From Amoebidium appalachense (taxonomy: Eukaryota > Protista > Ichthyosporea), in contig CAVNZM010000011.1 in the NCBI GenBank assembly GCA_963693365.1, positions 7,863,937 through 7,927,936 on the forward strand: a DNA stretch of 64,000 nucleotides. Reading direction: 5' to 3'. Of this stretch, positions 1-11,230 are shown piece by piece. The stretch's first letter is position 1. Every line of letters begins with the position of its first letter. A model generated the notes under the pieces. The model ran no database searches. It had not been told where the DNA came from and saw only the letters and a list, made by a program, of their open reading frames with translations. Made by a program: the position numbers and the translations under genes.

Positions 1-653
1 AGGGGATACATGAGCCGGTGCCTGTGGATCAATCTCACAAGCAGGCACAGGTGTGCTCCACAGGAGCAATGAAAAGAATGACAAATGTCATACAGAAACA
101 TGCTCCAAAAACGTAGCCTAGTGCCTAAATAGGCAAGGATGTGGTGGGTGAGCAAAAACTTAGCTAAAAAATTGGGCCTAAAGAGACCTAAACGCGCTCA
201 GTAGCGCCGCAACTGACCTGCCTGGGGCCGCGCAAGCTCATTAAATAGCGCGGCCTACATTTTTGCCTATGGAAATATGAAGAAATGACTTAGAATTTAT
301 CAAATCCATGAAATCTACCAAAATGGAATTTTTGCTTCACATCAACCATTCACAAGTGGCTAAAACCTATTAGATCACAAAGACAAAATCAATTGCCGCC
401 CATTTCGGACTAGATATAACTCACACTCATCAATATATCCATGGATATATGGCATATCCCACAGAACATAAAAACAGTTACAGCTCCCTAAATAAAAATG
501 CTAGCAGCCTGAAACTTTGCACACACATCAAACACACCAAGGCCTACAACATGCTACTACTACAAATTCTACAGCACACTCGCAACATACAATTTCACTC
601 CAACGGGCCTATCAATTCTCCTGCAAAGAAAACACGTTTACAAACTAAATATT
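1..653 (-). mobile_element. Solo A-spacer-B2 remnant of the YR retrotransposon (runs off the window start)
   Basis: Minus strand starts at the element 5' end (aa|tatttagtttg) and runs through the whole A repeat directly into the spacer and B2, with no ORFs. It interrupts a diverged RT ORF at gccatcAA. Confidence 0.85.
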
Positions 654-1630
654 GATGGCCACAGGCTTGTCCGTCCATTGGGAACAGAATGTGCCGGACA
701 AATGCGGCGGAGCTCCGCAGCCAAGGGTGGTGAATTCTTGAGAAGACCACCAGCGGGCGAAGACAAAAACGGGAGCAGCACAGGAGACACGTACTGCAAC
801 AAGTCGACCGTGGCCCCTACCTACCCCAGGGGTTGGAAGAGCGGCATTGGCAGCTGTAAGGGGCAAACAACCTGTAAGGACAGGATATGGCGAGGGGAGT
901 GCGGCCAAGAGGCTACTCGTTGGCTGAGCATCATAGACACCCGTGCGTATAGCGTCATGGCTTGCCCTCAGGAAAAAGGTCCAGAAGCCTTGGTGGTGAC
1001 TATTCACCGACCGAGGCGGAAAATAGAAAGGGCCACCTGCCCACAACTCATTGAGGGAGCAAATACAGCGGTTAGCCAGCGTGACAGCAGACAAGTCGGC
1101 GAGACAAACACTGCCGACGGCGCTGGCTGCCAAGGGGGCCGGCTGCTGGGTCGCGACGAGTAGGGAGAGGAATGGGTGGGATGGGGAAAAAATCAGAGGC
1201 GGCAAGGGACAGACGTGGCATAGAACGAGCTTCCATTGAAATTACTAGGGCCATAACCAACGACAACAAAAGGCACGGGCGGAAGCACTGCAAACAGAAA
1301 GACAAAGGGCCGTGCGCAGGCCCCAACCAAGCTACTTAAGCTGGAGGGTCCGTGGCCCGCGGGGGGCCAGGACCAAGACAAGATGCCCGCGATAATGGGC
1401 GGGTAGGCGAGCGACCCACGGGTGGAGGACGAAACAGCGCCACCAAGGCATCGCGGAAAGAAAGGGAACGGCATGGTGGCGGCAGGGCTACGCCAGAGGC
1501 TTGGGTGGCGCAACGCAAAAAGGGCACCAAAGATGAAAAAAACAAGTGGTGGTAGGGCACAACCGTAGGTCGAAAGGGCATAAAATAAAACACGGCCACT
1601 CAGTGAAGGTGTGTAGGCAGGCGCGGCCAC
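654..1630 (-). pseudogene. Degenerate fragment of a diverged sister subfamily (gag/RT junction and RT N-terminus)
   Basis: Translation VTLANRCICSLNELWAGGPFYFPPRSVNSHHQGFWTFFLRASHDAIRTGVYDAQP aligns by eye with the main RT N-terminus VTLANRCLGALNELWAGGPCPFPTRLVNSHHHALWTFVLRASYDAIRAGVYDAQP. Frameshifted; right boundary approximate. Confidence 0.8.
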
Positions 1631-3147
1631 TGTATTGCAAAAACTTGATCACAGACAGTAGCCTAAAAAGGCACTACTAAACCGTTAATGGGCAGCCTAA
1701 AGATGCCTGACCTACACTATGCTAATGAGCACAGCAACTTAGACGCACACAGCAGCCGAAAAGGCTCCAAGCCAAAGCATCGACATGCAAAAACTATTGC
1801 GGGCTGGATCACCTCATGACTATGATCCAACCAAAACGTCTACATATGTAGGAACACATTCCTCTACATACTTTCACCAATAAACACCTAAACCTACCAA
1901 TGTATAGACCAGCATATGTACATCACCAAATTTTCACAACCACTATCACCTACAGTGTATATCTCGCACACAGAGTCCTGTTACTCTGTATCCGGTGCTG
2001 TCCAATGCTTTTGCAAAGAAAAAACCTTTACAAACTAATCATTGCTTGGACTGCCTTATACCTGGTGGTAGAGGAAACGTTTGACGGTAGGTGTTGCTGG
2101 AAAACGGCAGCTTAGAATATGTGCTGTATGGTTTCACTGCATTATGGTTTCACTGGCGCTTTTCGTGCATGCTGGCACGTCCAGACTCAGTGCCCTCTTG
2201 CCTATGTACGAGTAAATCGACGCTGGCCGAGGGCACGAGACAAGATAACACTTGATCCCGAGTCACATAATAATCACTCGATTGGGCAATCTTTACGTCA
2301 CCGGCACCAATCGAACGACTGGCGGATAGGGACATTCATTTACCATATGAGGCTATTTCTTAAGGTGAAGTCCAGGGTGATGTTTTGGGTGCCGCGAGAT
2401 TGATCATCGATCCCCACATTCCTTGAATTCGTGTCGCTGGTGAGCCCATTTGTGTAAATTGATCCAAAAAACCCCACAATCTAAATTTGCAAATCGCGAT
2501 TTCTGCGCCAGGGAACCGGTTAACCCCCCTTCATTTTGCACTTTAATAAGGAAAACCATTCATTTTGGTCTGATGACCTGGGGATCTCCAGGGTCCAATT
2601 GGGTCCTCTGGGAGTTAGTTTTCAGACTCATAAGTAAACACTGTCTTTGAACTAAAGACATATAGAGAGACCCAAATTCAAGTTTTTTTGTATTAGACGT
2701 TAGTATACCAAATAAAAACATTTACTCTTATTTCTGAAATTTCAGGGGGTAATGACCGGCTCGTTTGCCCAAGACGTGACATGAGACTTTTATAAAACGA
2801 CCGCTAATGCGTGGTCTGGCTGTGGCCGGTATAGTTTTGGGAGATCTTCTTATCAAAGTCCAGGGAGAATTGATCCTCAAATCAACGATCAGAATCCTAT
2901 TGGAATGAGCGCGCACGCACCGCACTCCTGTTGGTCATCTAAAATATGCCTTCAGACACAGCGGTTTTGGAGTAAGTACAACAACATATAAATAAGTAAT
3001 GTAGTTATCTTCAAAGCACATTTTTATGTAAAATATATTTAATAAAGCAAACAAAACGAGTGAAATACTTTGACATGCTGGAGGAACCAAGGCAAATAAC
3101 ACCACCTATTGGATAAAAATCAGGTTCTGCTTTAGTTGTAATCGATT

Positions 3148-3465
3148 TTCTTATGCCAACGTCGTCTTTACCAGCCCCAGCAAGCGATACATGAGCCGGT
3201 CGCTGCCTGTGGATCAATCTCACAAGCAGGCACAGGTGTGCTCCACAGGAGCAATGAAAAGAATGACAAAAGTCACACAGAAACCTAGCCTAGTGCCTAA
3301 ATAGGCAAAGGGTGTGGTGAGTGGGCAAAAACTTAGCTAAAAAATTGGGCCTAAAGAGACCTAAACACGCTCACTAGCGCCGCAACTGACCTCCCTGGGG
3401 CCGCGCAAGCTCAATATATAGCGCTGCCCACATTTTTGCCTATGGAAATATGAAGAAATGACTTA
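3148..3465 (-). mobile_element. 3' end fragment (part of A2, spacer, B2) of an older YR element copy
   Basis: Matches the A 3' part, spacer and B2 with several substitutions and indels; ends in ggcataagaa at 3148. Confidence 0.85.
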
Positions 3466-3561
3466 TTCTTATGCCAACGTCGTCTTTACCAGCCCCAGCA
3501 AGGGGATACATGAGCCGGTGCCTGTGGATCAATCTCACAAGCAGGCACAGGTGTGCTCCAC
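3466..3561 (-). repeat. Split direct repeat B2 (96 bp) of E1
   Basis: gtggagcacacctgtgcc...gttggcataagaa, near-identical to B1 at 4157-4252. Confidence 0.9.
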
Positions 3562-3652
3562 AGGAGCAATGAAAAGAATGACAAATGTCATACAGAAACA
3601 TGCTCAAAAAACGTAGCCTAGTGCCTAAATAGGCAAAGGGTGTGGTGGGTGG

Positions 3653-4156
3653 GCAAAAACTTAGCTAAAAAATTGGGCCTAAAGAGACCTAAACGCGCTC
3701 AGTAGCGCCGCAACTCACCTCCCTGGGGCCGCGCAAGCTCATTATAGAGCGCGGCCCACATTTTTGCCTATGGAAATATGAAGAAATGACTTAGAACCTA
3801 TCAAATCCATGAAATCTACCAAAATGGAATTTTTGCTGCACATCAACCAATGAAAAATTTTCACAAGTGGCTAAAACCCCTAGATCATAAAGACCAAATC
3901 GATTGCCGCCCATTTTGGACTAGATATAACTCAAACTCATCAATATATCCATATGGCATATCCCACAGAACATAAAAACAGCTACAGCTCCCTAAATAAA
4001 AATGCTAGCAGCCTGAAACTTTGCACACACATCAAACACACCATGGCCTACAGCATTATACTACCACGAAGTTTACAGCACACTCGCAACACACAATTTT
4101 ACTCCAACGGGGCTATCTAATTCTCCTGCAAAGAAAACACGTTTACAAACTTAATA
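3653..4156 (-). repeat. Split direct repeat A2 (~504 bp) of E1
   Basis: Near-identical to A1 at 8577-9082; abuts B1 to give the junction cataagaa|tattaag. Confidence 0.9.
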
Positions 4157-4252
4157 TTCTTATGCCAACGTCGTCTTTACCAGCCCCAGCAAGGGGATAC
4201 ATGAGCCGGTGCGTGTGGATCAATCTCACAAGCAGGCACAGGTGTGCTCCAC
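4157..4252 (-). repeat. Split direct repeat B1 of E1
   Basis: Starts 6 nt after the YR stop; same sequence as B2. Confidence 0.9.
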
Positions 4253-4258
4253 CACTCC

Positions 4259-5275
4259 CTACCTGGCACGGGAAGGAACGAACCATGCCGTGGGTGACTG
4301 ACGCAGCGCTGCAGCCCGGGCAAGGAGCGACGCAGGCACGCGAATAGAAAGAACAAGAGACTGGCCGGCCTGCACATACCGGCGGAGGGAGGCATGCGAT
4401 CTCCATCGACCACGCAGAGCAATCGTCTCTACTGAAACACCCCTGACATAGTGTCTCGAGGCACCACCATGGCGAAGACTGTGAAGATGGAACCCATACT
4501 CGTTGAGGCCGAGGGAGTCACATGCCGCGTGGAACTTGGCACGCAGAACATCATACGAGAAAGGAAACAGCCGCGCAGAAGGGGGGGCGCCACGGAACCA
4601 GAAAGACAGGATGGCCAACAGGGACGGATCGGTGATGGGGACAAACTGATTTGGACCGGTCTTGGTGTCGGCCAGGCGGATGCCGCCTGTACCGGGTGGC
4701 ATGTCGTGGGGAACGGGGTCGTCGGGCAAAATAAGATCCGCACGGGTGAGCATAAGCAGCTCACTGACACGAAAATAACACTCAAATCCGAGCAAAACAG
4801 CAATACCAAACAATGGGCCAATTATGGAATACAAATGATGGCCAATGACAAGGACCAATGAAAACGGAAGCGGGGGCGTGGTCTTTGCTGGAACAAGCCG
4901 GTTCCAGCCCTGCAGGCTCCGTTGGGCGGCCTGCAGGTGTGGACCCAGGCGTGGCATGAAATGCTTGATGCCGGCAGCTGTGTTGACACAGCGCTGACGC
5001 TGGCCACGCGATGGATCAATGGCATAACACTCCTCAAAATACTCCACCAGGAGGTCGTCCAGTTCGGCGGGGGACTTGGTGTCGGTACCAGGGGGCAACC
5101 AATCCAGGAACTCAACAACAGCATCCCGGTAGGCCTTGAGGGTTGGGGGCTTTATGGCCTGGTCAGCCAGAAAACCGCGAGGGACCATCTGCAGGATTGT
5201 GGGCTGACGGCAGCCACACACAATACAAACGAATGTCGAGGGCAAGCGTGTAGGCAGCCACCTGGCGGCATACAC
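4259..5275 (-). CDS. Tyrosine recombinase (phage-integrase family) of E1; first ATG at 5188 (MVPRGF...)
   Basis: Catalytic R-K-H-R-W-Y set: FECYFRVSEL, DTKTG, HSLRHGGA, RGRWRS, LRRYV. Overlaps the RT ORF end in another frame. Confidence 0.93.
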   Translation of the reverse strand: MYAARWLPTRLPSTFVCIVCGCRQPTILQMVPRGFLADQAIKPPTLKAYRDAVVEFLDWLPPGTDTKSPAELDDLLVEYFEECYAIDPSRGQRQRCVNTAAGIKHFMPRLGPHLQAAQRSLQGWNRLVPAKTTPPLPFSLVLVIGHHLYSIIGPLFGIAVLLGFECYFRVSELLMLTRADLILPDDPVPHDMPPGTGGIRLADTKTGPNQFVPITDPSLLAILSFWFRGAPPSARLFPFSYDVLRAKFHAACDSLGLNEYGFHLHSLRHGGASRHYVRGVSVETIALRGRWRSHASLRRYVQAGQSLVLSIRVPASLLARAAALRQSPTAWFVPSRAR

Positions 5276-7217
5276 GGTTCAGGCGTCGGGAGGCTGAACG
5301 ACCCTTAGCAACAGCCCCAAGCAGCGCCGTCGAATCAAGGCCCCAAAGGTAGCGGGAGCCCCGGGCAGCCGTAGACCGACCTAATCGACGAAGCCCCAGG
5401 AGCAAGGCTTCTCCCTCCAGAATGTTGATGTGGTCGGAGTGGCGCCAACGATGACTGATGTTGGTGGTCCATCGGCCACCAACAGCTGCCAGGATAGGTG
5501 CCGGGGGGGCGGACGGGCTTGGCTCGTGCACAGGACCAGACAGCTGGCTGTAGTGGCCACGCCGGTTGCAGTGAGGCAGCACTTCGCGGAGAAGCGTTGC
5601 TGGAAGCACCCGGGACACCACTGCACCACCCAACAAGGAAGCATCAGTGCAGAACATGGTGCTAGCAAACCCAGAACGCAAATCACAACGCATCAAAGGG
5701 GCCAAAGCACACATCGCCTGAAGCTCCCACACCACGGGCGGGGGAAGGGGCTGTTCCCGACCCCCCAGCTGCTCCACAAAACTGTAGACGGCACTCAGAA
5801 CCGACAAAAGCGGCCGCTGCAGCAGTGCCGCCCACACCCAACCACCAAGCAACTGCTGCAAACGGAGCTGCGTGACGACACCACGACGCAACACGGCCTG
5901 GGTTTCCGCCACCAGACGGCACAAGGAAGCGCCAGACGGGCGCAATATCCCAGAGCGATGCTTTTCCAGGCCTAGCAGCACCATAGAGGACGACGAACCA
6001 GCAGCCACATCCTTCTTGACATTGGAGGGAAGACCAGCCGGGCCGGTGACGCCATGATACGATTCACGCTGACGATTGATGGCGGTGGCATCTGTGCCGA
6101 CCCAGCCACAGTCGTCCACATACAGGGCATGCTGCGTGGCCTCCACAGGCCGCAGCACTATCGCACAGAGGCGCTCAATGCGGGGCATGCCGGCTCGGTC
6201 AGCCAACTGCCCATGGACGTCTTGAGCCACAAGCACAGAATGCACCCAGCCCATGGGCACGGTCTTAAGGGCCGGGTACACAAGCCGGTCGGGCCCAGAA
6301 ATGCCAACAGCCTCCGAAGACACAGGCGGCAAGCCGAAGTACCGCCACAGCCACTCGGGGGCAAGAAGACGATGGAACTGGTTGTCCATGTCCGACTTGC
6401 CAAAATAGAGGCAATCCTCAGGCCCCAGCAACAGATCGGCAAAATCGGCAGGGTTGGGCAGGTGCACCTGGAGGGCAGGATGATCACGGGCAAAGAACAG
6501 GTTGCCACGGCGGCCGTCAAAAATGACGCGGGCTCTGGTGTCTTTGGGGACCCCAAACAGCCCATTGATGGCCAGTGGTTTTTCCTTCGCCTCGAAATAG
6601 TGCACCATGCCGCAGTCTTGAAGCCGAAGAAGCAGGGGACCGTATTCCCCACTGGGAACGTGATGCGCCGGTCGGATGCGGCGCAGCTCTGCAGGCGTCG
6701 GCGGAACAGGCTTGAGAAGGCCGCCGTCGCAGTTGGCCAAAAACGGCTGCAGCGTAGGAGACAAAAACTGCAACACGTCCACTGTGGCTCCAACCCCAGG
6801 GGGTGGCAAAGCGGCATTTGCCGCCGTGAGAGGTAGCCATCCTGTCAATACAGGGTAGGCCGCGGGGAACGCAGCCAAGACACTACTCGCAGGCTGAGCG
6901 TCGTAGACACCCGCGCGTATAGCATCGTAGCTGGCCCTAAGGACAAAGGTCCACAGGGCATGGTGGTGACTGTTCACCAACCGGGTCGGGAATGGGCAAG
7001 GGCCGCCTGCCCACAGCTTGTTGAGGGCACCAAGACAACGGTTAGCCAAGGTAACCCCCTTCAGGCGGTGAGACAGACGTTGCCGACGGCGTTGACTCCG
7101 TAGACGGGCTTGTCCAGAACGGTCCGGCACAGGAATGGCCGGAACAGGAAACAAATCAGAGGCGGCAAAGACATGACGTGGCATAGCTGTGGAATCCTTA
7201 GAAAAATTAGGGGGCAT
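5163..7217 (-). CDS. Reverse transcriptase / RNase H polyprotein (684 aa) of E1
   Basis: RT motifs LFGVPKDTRARVIFDGR, KSDMDNQFHRL, VPMGWVHS, LYVDD. DIRS-type RNase H motifs FCTDAS, HINILEGEA, LDSTALLG, NPADGPSR. Confidence 0.95.
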   Translation of the reverse strand: MPPNFSKDSTAMPRHVFAASDLFPVPAIPVPDRSGQARLRSQRRRQRLSHRLKGVTLANRCLGALNKLWAGGPCPFPTRLVNSHHHALWTFVLRASYDAIRAGVYDAQPASSVLAAFPAAYPVLTGWLPLTAANAALPPPGVGATVDVLQFLSPTLQPFLANCDGGLLKPVPPTPAELRRIRPAHHVPSGEYGPLLLRLQDCGMVHYFEAKEKPLAINGLFGVPKDTRARVIFDGRRGNLFFARDHPALQVHLPNPADFADLLLGPEDCLYFGKSDMDNQFHRLLAPEWLWRYFGLPPVSSEAVGISGPDRLVYPALKTVPMGWVHSVLVAQDVHGQLADRAGMPRIERLCAIVLRPVEATQHALYVDDCGWVGTDATAINRQRESYHGVTGPAGLPSNVKKDVAAGSSSSMVLLGLEKHRSGILRPSGASLCRLVAETQAVLRRGVVTQLRLQQLLGGWVWAALLQRPLLSVLSAVYSFVEQLGGREQPLPPPVVWELQAMCALAPLMRCDLRSGFASTMFCTDASLLGGAVVSRVLPATLLREVLPHCNRRGHYSQLSGPVHEPSPSAPPAPILAAVGGRWTTNISHRWRHSDHINILEGEALLLGLRRLGRSTAARGSRYLWGLDSTALLGAVAKGRSASRRLNRVCRQVAAYTLALDIRLYCVWLPSAHNPADGPSRFSG

Positions 7218-7294
7218 ATTGAATCAAGGGCACGTGGCAGGAAGCCACAAGAAAATAATATACAGAACCGCGTGCCGAACCCCCAAAGGGCCGT

Positions 7295-8350
7295 TTAGGC
7301 CCTGTGGCCACCGGTCCCCGGAGGGGTCGATGGACCGGCTCCGGATGGGCCACTGCCGGGACCGCGCCGAGCCCGGGTGACTTCGGCGAGGGTCTTGGCT
7401 TGACGAACAGCCCGGGTGGCCAAGGCAGGGGGCAGGGGCAGGCTGCGCGCAGGGAGCTCCTCAAACTGCTCTGCAACAGCCCAGTCCCCGTTGGACTGAT
7501 CAGCAGTCTGCACAGCCAGCAGACGGCGCACACCAACTTCCACAGCAGGTGACTCCTTGCGGGCCTTAGGGTCGGCGGCCAGCAGCAGATCCAGCATACG
7601 GGCAAGCGTCAGAGCCTCCCGTTTGTTGCGGTAGCTGACCCAATCCGCCGCGTGGACAGCCGCAGTGACCGAGGCCTGGTCAGCCAAGGTGCTCTTGAGG
7701 TAGGAAGGGGCCAGACGTTCTTTGACGCGCAGGTTGACTTTGGCGCCGCTGGAGAGCAGATAACGGCTGGGGGTGGGTTTGGAACGGCCAGAGGAACGAC
7801 GGCGGCGAGAGGAACGACCGTAGCCACTGCTGCTGGAATCAGAATCCTCACTCGACGATGGGGTGTCTTCACTGCCGGTGTCGTACGCATAGACAGGCTC
7901 CTTGCCCTTTGCCCGCGCAGACAGCGTGCTCAGCAGGCCGCCGGCAGAGGGCTTCTTGGGGCGACCAGACTGGGCAACAGAGAGGGCTTGCACTTGGGCA
8001 GAAAGCGCCTGCAGCTGCTCTTGGACGTCTACACCGTCAGAACGCCGCTGGGGAGAGGGCGACCCAGGTGGGGGGGAGGCACGGCCGCTGCGAGGAGTGC
8101 GACAGAGCAAGTGCAGCTGGTCGGTGACTTTCCAACCGACCATCTCAGGGTCATCAAAAGCCACCGAGCGCGCCTTGAGGGCTGAAACCACACTGTTGAC
8201 GGTTTCTGCCGGCAGGCTGTTCCAGGGGAGGGCGTTGGACTGCAAAACGGCCAGACTTTTGAGACTTGCGTCGTCCGCATCGGTAGAGATCTCCAAAAGC
8301 TTTTCGAGGAGAGCGGCCCCCTTGGCGACCAGAGCAGGAGGAGGGGCCAT
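7295..8350 (-). CDS. ORF1, gag-like protein (351 aa from ATG MAPPP...) of E1
   Basis: First ORF after A1, kept open in several copies; Ser/Arg-rich linker and short Q/L-rich helix. No CCHC knuckle, so the call is positional. Confidence 0.8.
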   Translation of the reverse strand: MAPPPALVAKGAALLEKLLEISTDADDASLKSLAVLQSNALPWNSLPAETVNSVVSALKARSVAFDDPEMVGWKVTDQLHLLCRTPRSGRASPPPGSPSPQRRSDGVDVQEQLQALSAQVQALSVAQSGRPKKPSAGGLLSTLSARAKGKEPVYAYDTGSEDTPSSSEDSDSSSSGYGRSSRRRRSSGRSKPTPSRYLLSSGAKVNLRVKERLAPSYLKSTLADQASVTAAVHAADWVSYRNKREALTLARMLDLLLAADPKARKESPAVEVGVRRLLAVQTADQSNGDWAVAEQFEELPARSLPLPPALATRAVRQAKTLAEVTRARRGPGSGPSGAGPSTPPGTGGHRA

Positions 8351-8576
8351 TGCAATGCTTACAAACCAGACTAGAGCACAAAAACTTGAAAACGAAGACT
8401 GGAAAATGCAAAAACGCGGGAAAACCGACACCGCAAAAAACGTCCGAAAACCAGCTAAAACGCAACGGCGCGCACGCAAAACTCTTACCAGATGCTGCCG
8501 AAGCTAAGCGCGCGCTCCTGGGCAAAAAAAACTAGAGAAAAAACGAACAACAGCGCGAAAAACGGGGACTAGAGTT

Positions 8577-9084
8577 GCAAAAACTTAGCTAAAAAATTGG
8601 GCCTAAAGAGACCTAAACGCGCTCAGTAGCGCCGCAACTGACCTCCCTGGGGCCGCGCGAGCTCATTATAGAGCGCGGCCCACATTTTTGCCTATGGAAA
8701 TATGAAGAAATGATTTAGAACCTATCAAATCCATTAAATCTACCAAAATGGAATTTTTGCTGCACATCAACCAATGAAAATTTTTCACAAGTGGCTAAAA
8801 CCCCTATAGATCATAAAGACCAAATCGATTGCCGCCCATTTCGGACTAGATATAACTCAAACTCATCAATATATCCATATGGCATATCCCACAGAACATA
8901 AAAACAGCTACAGCTCCCTAAATAAAAATGCTAGCAGCCTGAAACTTTGCACACACATCAAACACACCATGGCCTACAGCATTATACTACCACGAAGTTT
9001 ACAGCACACTCGCAACACACAATTTCACTCCAACGGGGCTATCTAATTCTCCTGCAAAGAAAACACGTTTACAAACTTAATATT
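8577..9084 (-). repeat. Split direct repeat A1 of E1
   Basis: 5' terminal copy of A; diverges from A2 after taagtttttgc. Confidence 0.9.
8636..8670 (-). promoter_or_regulatory. Candidate Pol II core promoter in A1 (TATAA plus TCAGTT initiator)
   Basis: TATAA starts 31 nt upstream of the A in TCAGTT; present in all A copies that include this region, with some TATA variants in old copies. Confidence 0.55.
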
Positions 9085-9966
9085 GTATGTGTCCTTACAG
9101 TGATTTTATGACGTATGATGTATGATATCATTATCATACATTGAACATGCCATTATGCATGTAAGGATGGGTTTATGACGCACCAAAAAGCACATTGTGC
9201 ATGTGCATAGCACACCCTTACAACATATGCAAGTGTACGTTACGACGTCAAATGTATTAATATGCGTCATCTACATTATATGTCGTAATGTCCTCCTATA
9301 CATCTGTTTACAACATCGCAATGTAATCTGTAGTAGGATGCAAATCACATCTTATGATAGGTCATGGGTTAGCACAAACCCACCCATGGTATATCCACTG
9401 GTTGTGTTTCGGATGTCGGAAAGGGCGTCTGAACGATTGGATTTCGATCTATTTTTATAATCAACTGGATGGTTTTGCAGTGCTCCATTGCATTGCTTTA
9501 CAACAAACGATAGACATACATGTGATAGTCATACGTATTTGATCAAGAGGGTATTAATACCATACATTCGATGCGTTTACAGTGCTCCGTTATATGGCTT
9601 TACATCAAACCATAGACATGCATAAGATCGTCCACAGGGTGGCGTTCTGATCCTCCCGTAGACGGTGTTACGACTGTCTGAATGCCCCCTGGCCGCCGTC
9701 ATATACCCACCGACTGGACGTCGTATGTTGGATCTATTGCACGTCGGTTAGATGGCTACATTGCACACCCATTGGATATGCACTCGCGGGGTTCTATGTA
9801 CATCCATTGGTGCATCGGGTATCGGATTGAGCAGATTACGACACATCCATTGGACGTCGGGGAGCAATGATATGTATTTGGGGTTAGTTTTGGAGGTGTT
9901 GAGGGGTTTCCGATGTCGTCGGGTAGTTTACGACAGCTTTTGGATGCCGCAACAAGATTGCTGATG
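9085..9966 (-). mobile_element. One terminal arm of an unclassified TIR element (CATCAGCAATCTT terminus) inserted in gag
   Basis: aagattgctgatg at 9954-9966 abuts gag at ggctAC. The same 13-mer at 37480-37492 is followed by ACggtcg, the gag continuation. Shared subterminal motifs gaggggtttccgatg and tcgtaaactac. Confidence 0.75.
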
Positions 9967-11230
9967 GTAGCCACTGCTGCTGGAATCAGAATCCTCACTT
10001 GACGATGGGGTGTCTTCACTGCCGGTGTCGTACGCATAGACAGGCTCCTTGCCCTTTGCCCGCGCAGACAGCGTGCTCAGCAGGCCGCCGGCAGAGGGCT
10101 TCTTGGGGCGACCAGACTGGGCAACAGAGAGGGCTTGCACTTGGGCAGAAAGCGCCTGCAGCTGCTCTTGGACGTCTACACCGTCAGAACGCCGCTGGGG
10201 AGAGGGCGACCCAGGTGGGGGGGAGGCACGGCCGCTGCGAGGAGTGCGACAGAGCAAGTGCAGCTGGTCGGTGACTTTCCAACCGACCATCTCAGGGTCA
10301 TCAAAAGCCACCGAGCGCGCCTTGAGGGCTGAAACCACACTGTTGACGGTTTCTGCCGGCAGGCTGTTCCAGGGGAGGGCGTTGGACTGCAAAACGGCCA
10401 GACTTTTGAGACTTGCGTCGTCCGCATCGGTAGAGATCTCCAAAAGCTTTTCGAGGAGAGCGGCCCCCTTGGCGACCAGAGCAGATGGAGGGGCCATTGC
10501 AATGCTCACAAACCAGACTAGAGCACGAAAACTTGAAAACGAAGACTGGAAAATGCAAAAAACGTGGGAAAACCGACACCGCAAAAAACGTCCGAAAACC
10601 AGCTAAAACGCAACGGCGCGCACGCAAAACTCTTACCAGATGCTGCCGAAGCTAAGCGCGCGCTCCTGGGCAAAAAAAACTAGAGAAAAAACGAACAAGA
10701 GCGCGAAAAACGGGGACTAGAGTTGCAAAAACTTAGCTAAAAAATTGGGCCTAAAGAGACCTAAACGCGCTCAGTAGCGCCGCAACTGACCTCCCTGGGG
10801 CCGCGCAAGCTCATTATAGAGCGCGGCCCACATTTTTGCCTATGGAAATATGAAGAAATGACTTAGAACCTATCAAATCCATGAAATCTACCAAAATGGA
10901 ATTTTTGCTGCACATCAACCAATGAAAAATTTTCACAAGTGGCTAAAACCCCTAGATCATAAAGACCAAATCCATTGCCGCCCATTTCGGACTAGATATA
11001 ACTCAAACTCATCAAAATATCCATATGGCATATCCCACAGAACATAAAAACAGCTACAGCTCCCTAAATAAAAATGCTAGCAGCCTGAAACTTTGTACAC
11101 ACATCAAACACACCATGGCCTACAGCATTATACTACCACGAAGTTTACAGCACACTCGCAACACACAATTTCACTCCAACGGGGCTATCTAATTCTCCTG
11201 CAAAGAAAACACGTTTACAAACTTAATATT
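9967..11230 (-). mobile_element. 5' half (A1, 5'UTR, gag N-terminus) of split YR element copy T
   Basis: Starts gaa|tattaag at 11230; gag is cut at SSSSGY by the TIR element. The 3' half is at 37493-41823. Confidence 0.9.

Larger units (their letters stand above)
3466..9084 (-). mobile_element. Full-length, apparently intact tyrosine-recombinase retrotransposon with split direct repeats (DIRS order, Ngaro/PAT-like), copy E1
   Basis: A1 (8577-9084), gag-like ORF, RT/RNase H ORF, overlapping YR ORF, B1 (4157-4252), A2 (3653-4156), 91-bp spacer, B2 (3466-3561). No integrase, protease or methyltransferase domain seen. Confidence 0.95.

Noticed and set aside
1800-3147. Short ORFs in unique DNA (also 63450-64000)
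   Set aside because: No recognisable motifs or termini; probably remnants of other repeats that I cannot assign.
4259-7217. Bacterial prophage integrase, retron or DGR
   Set aside because: RT is fused to a DIRS-type RNase H with split direct repeats; there are no phage genes and the context is eukaryotic.
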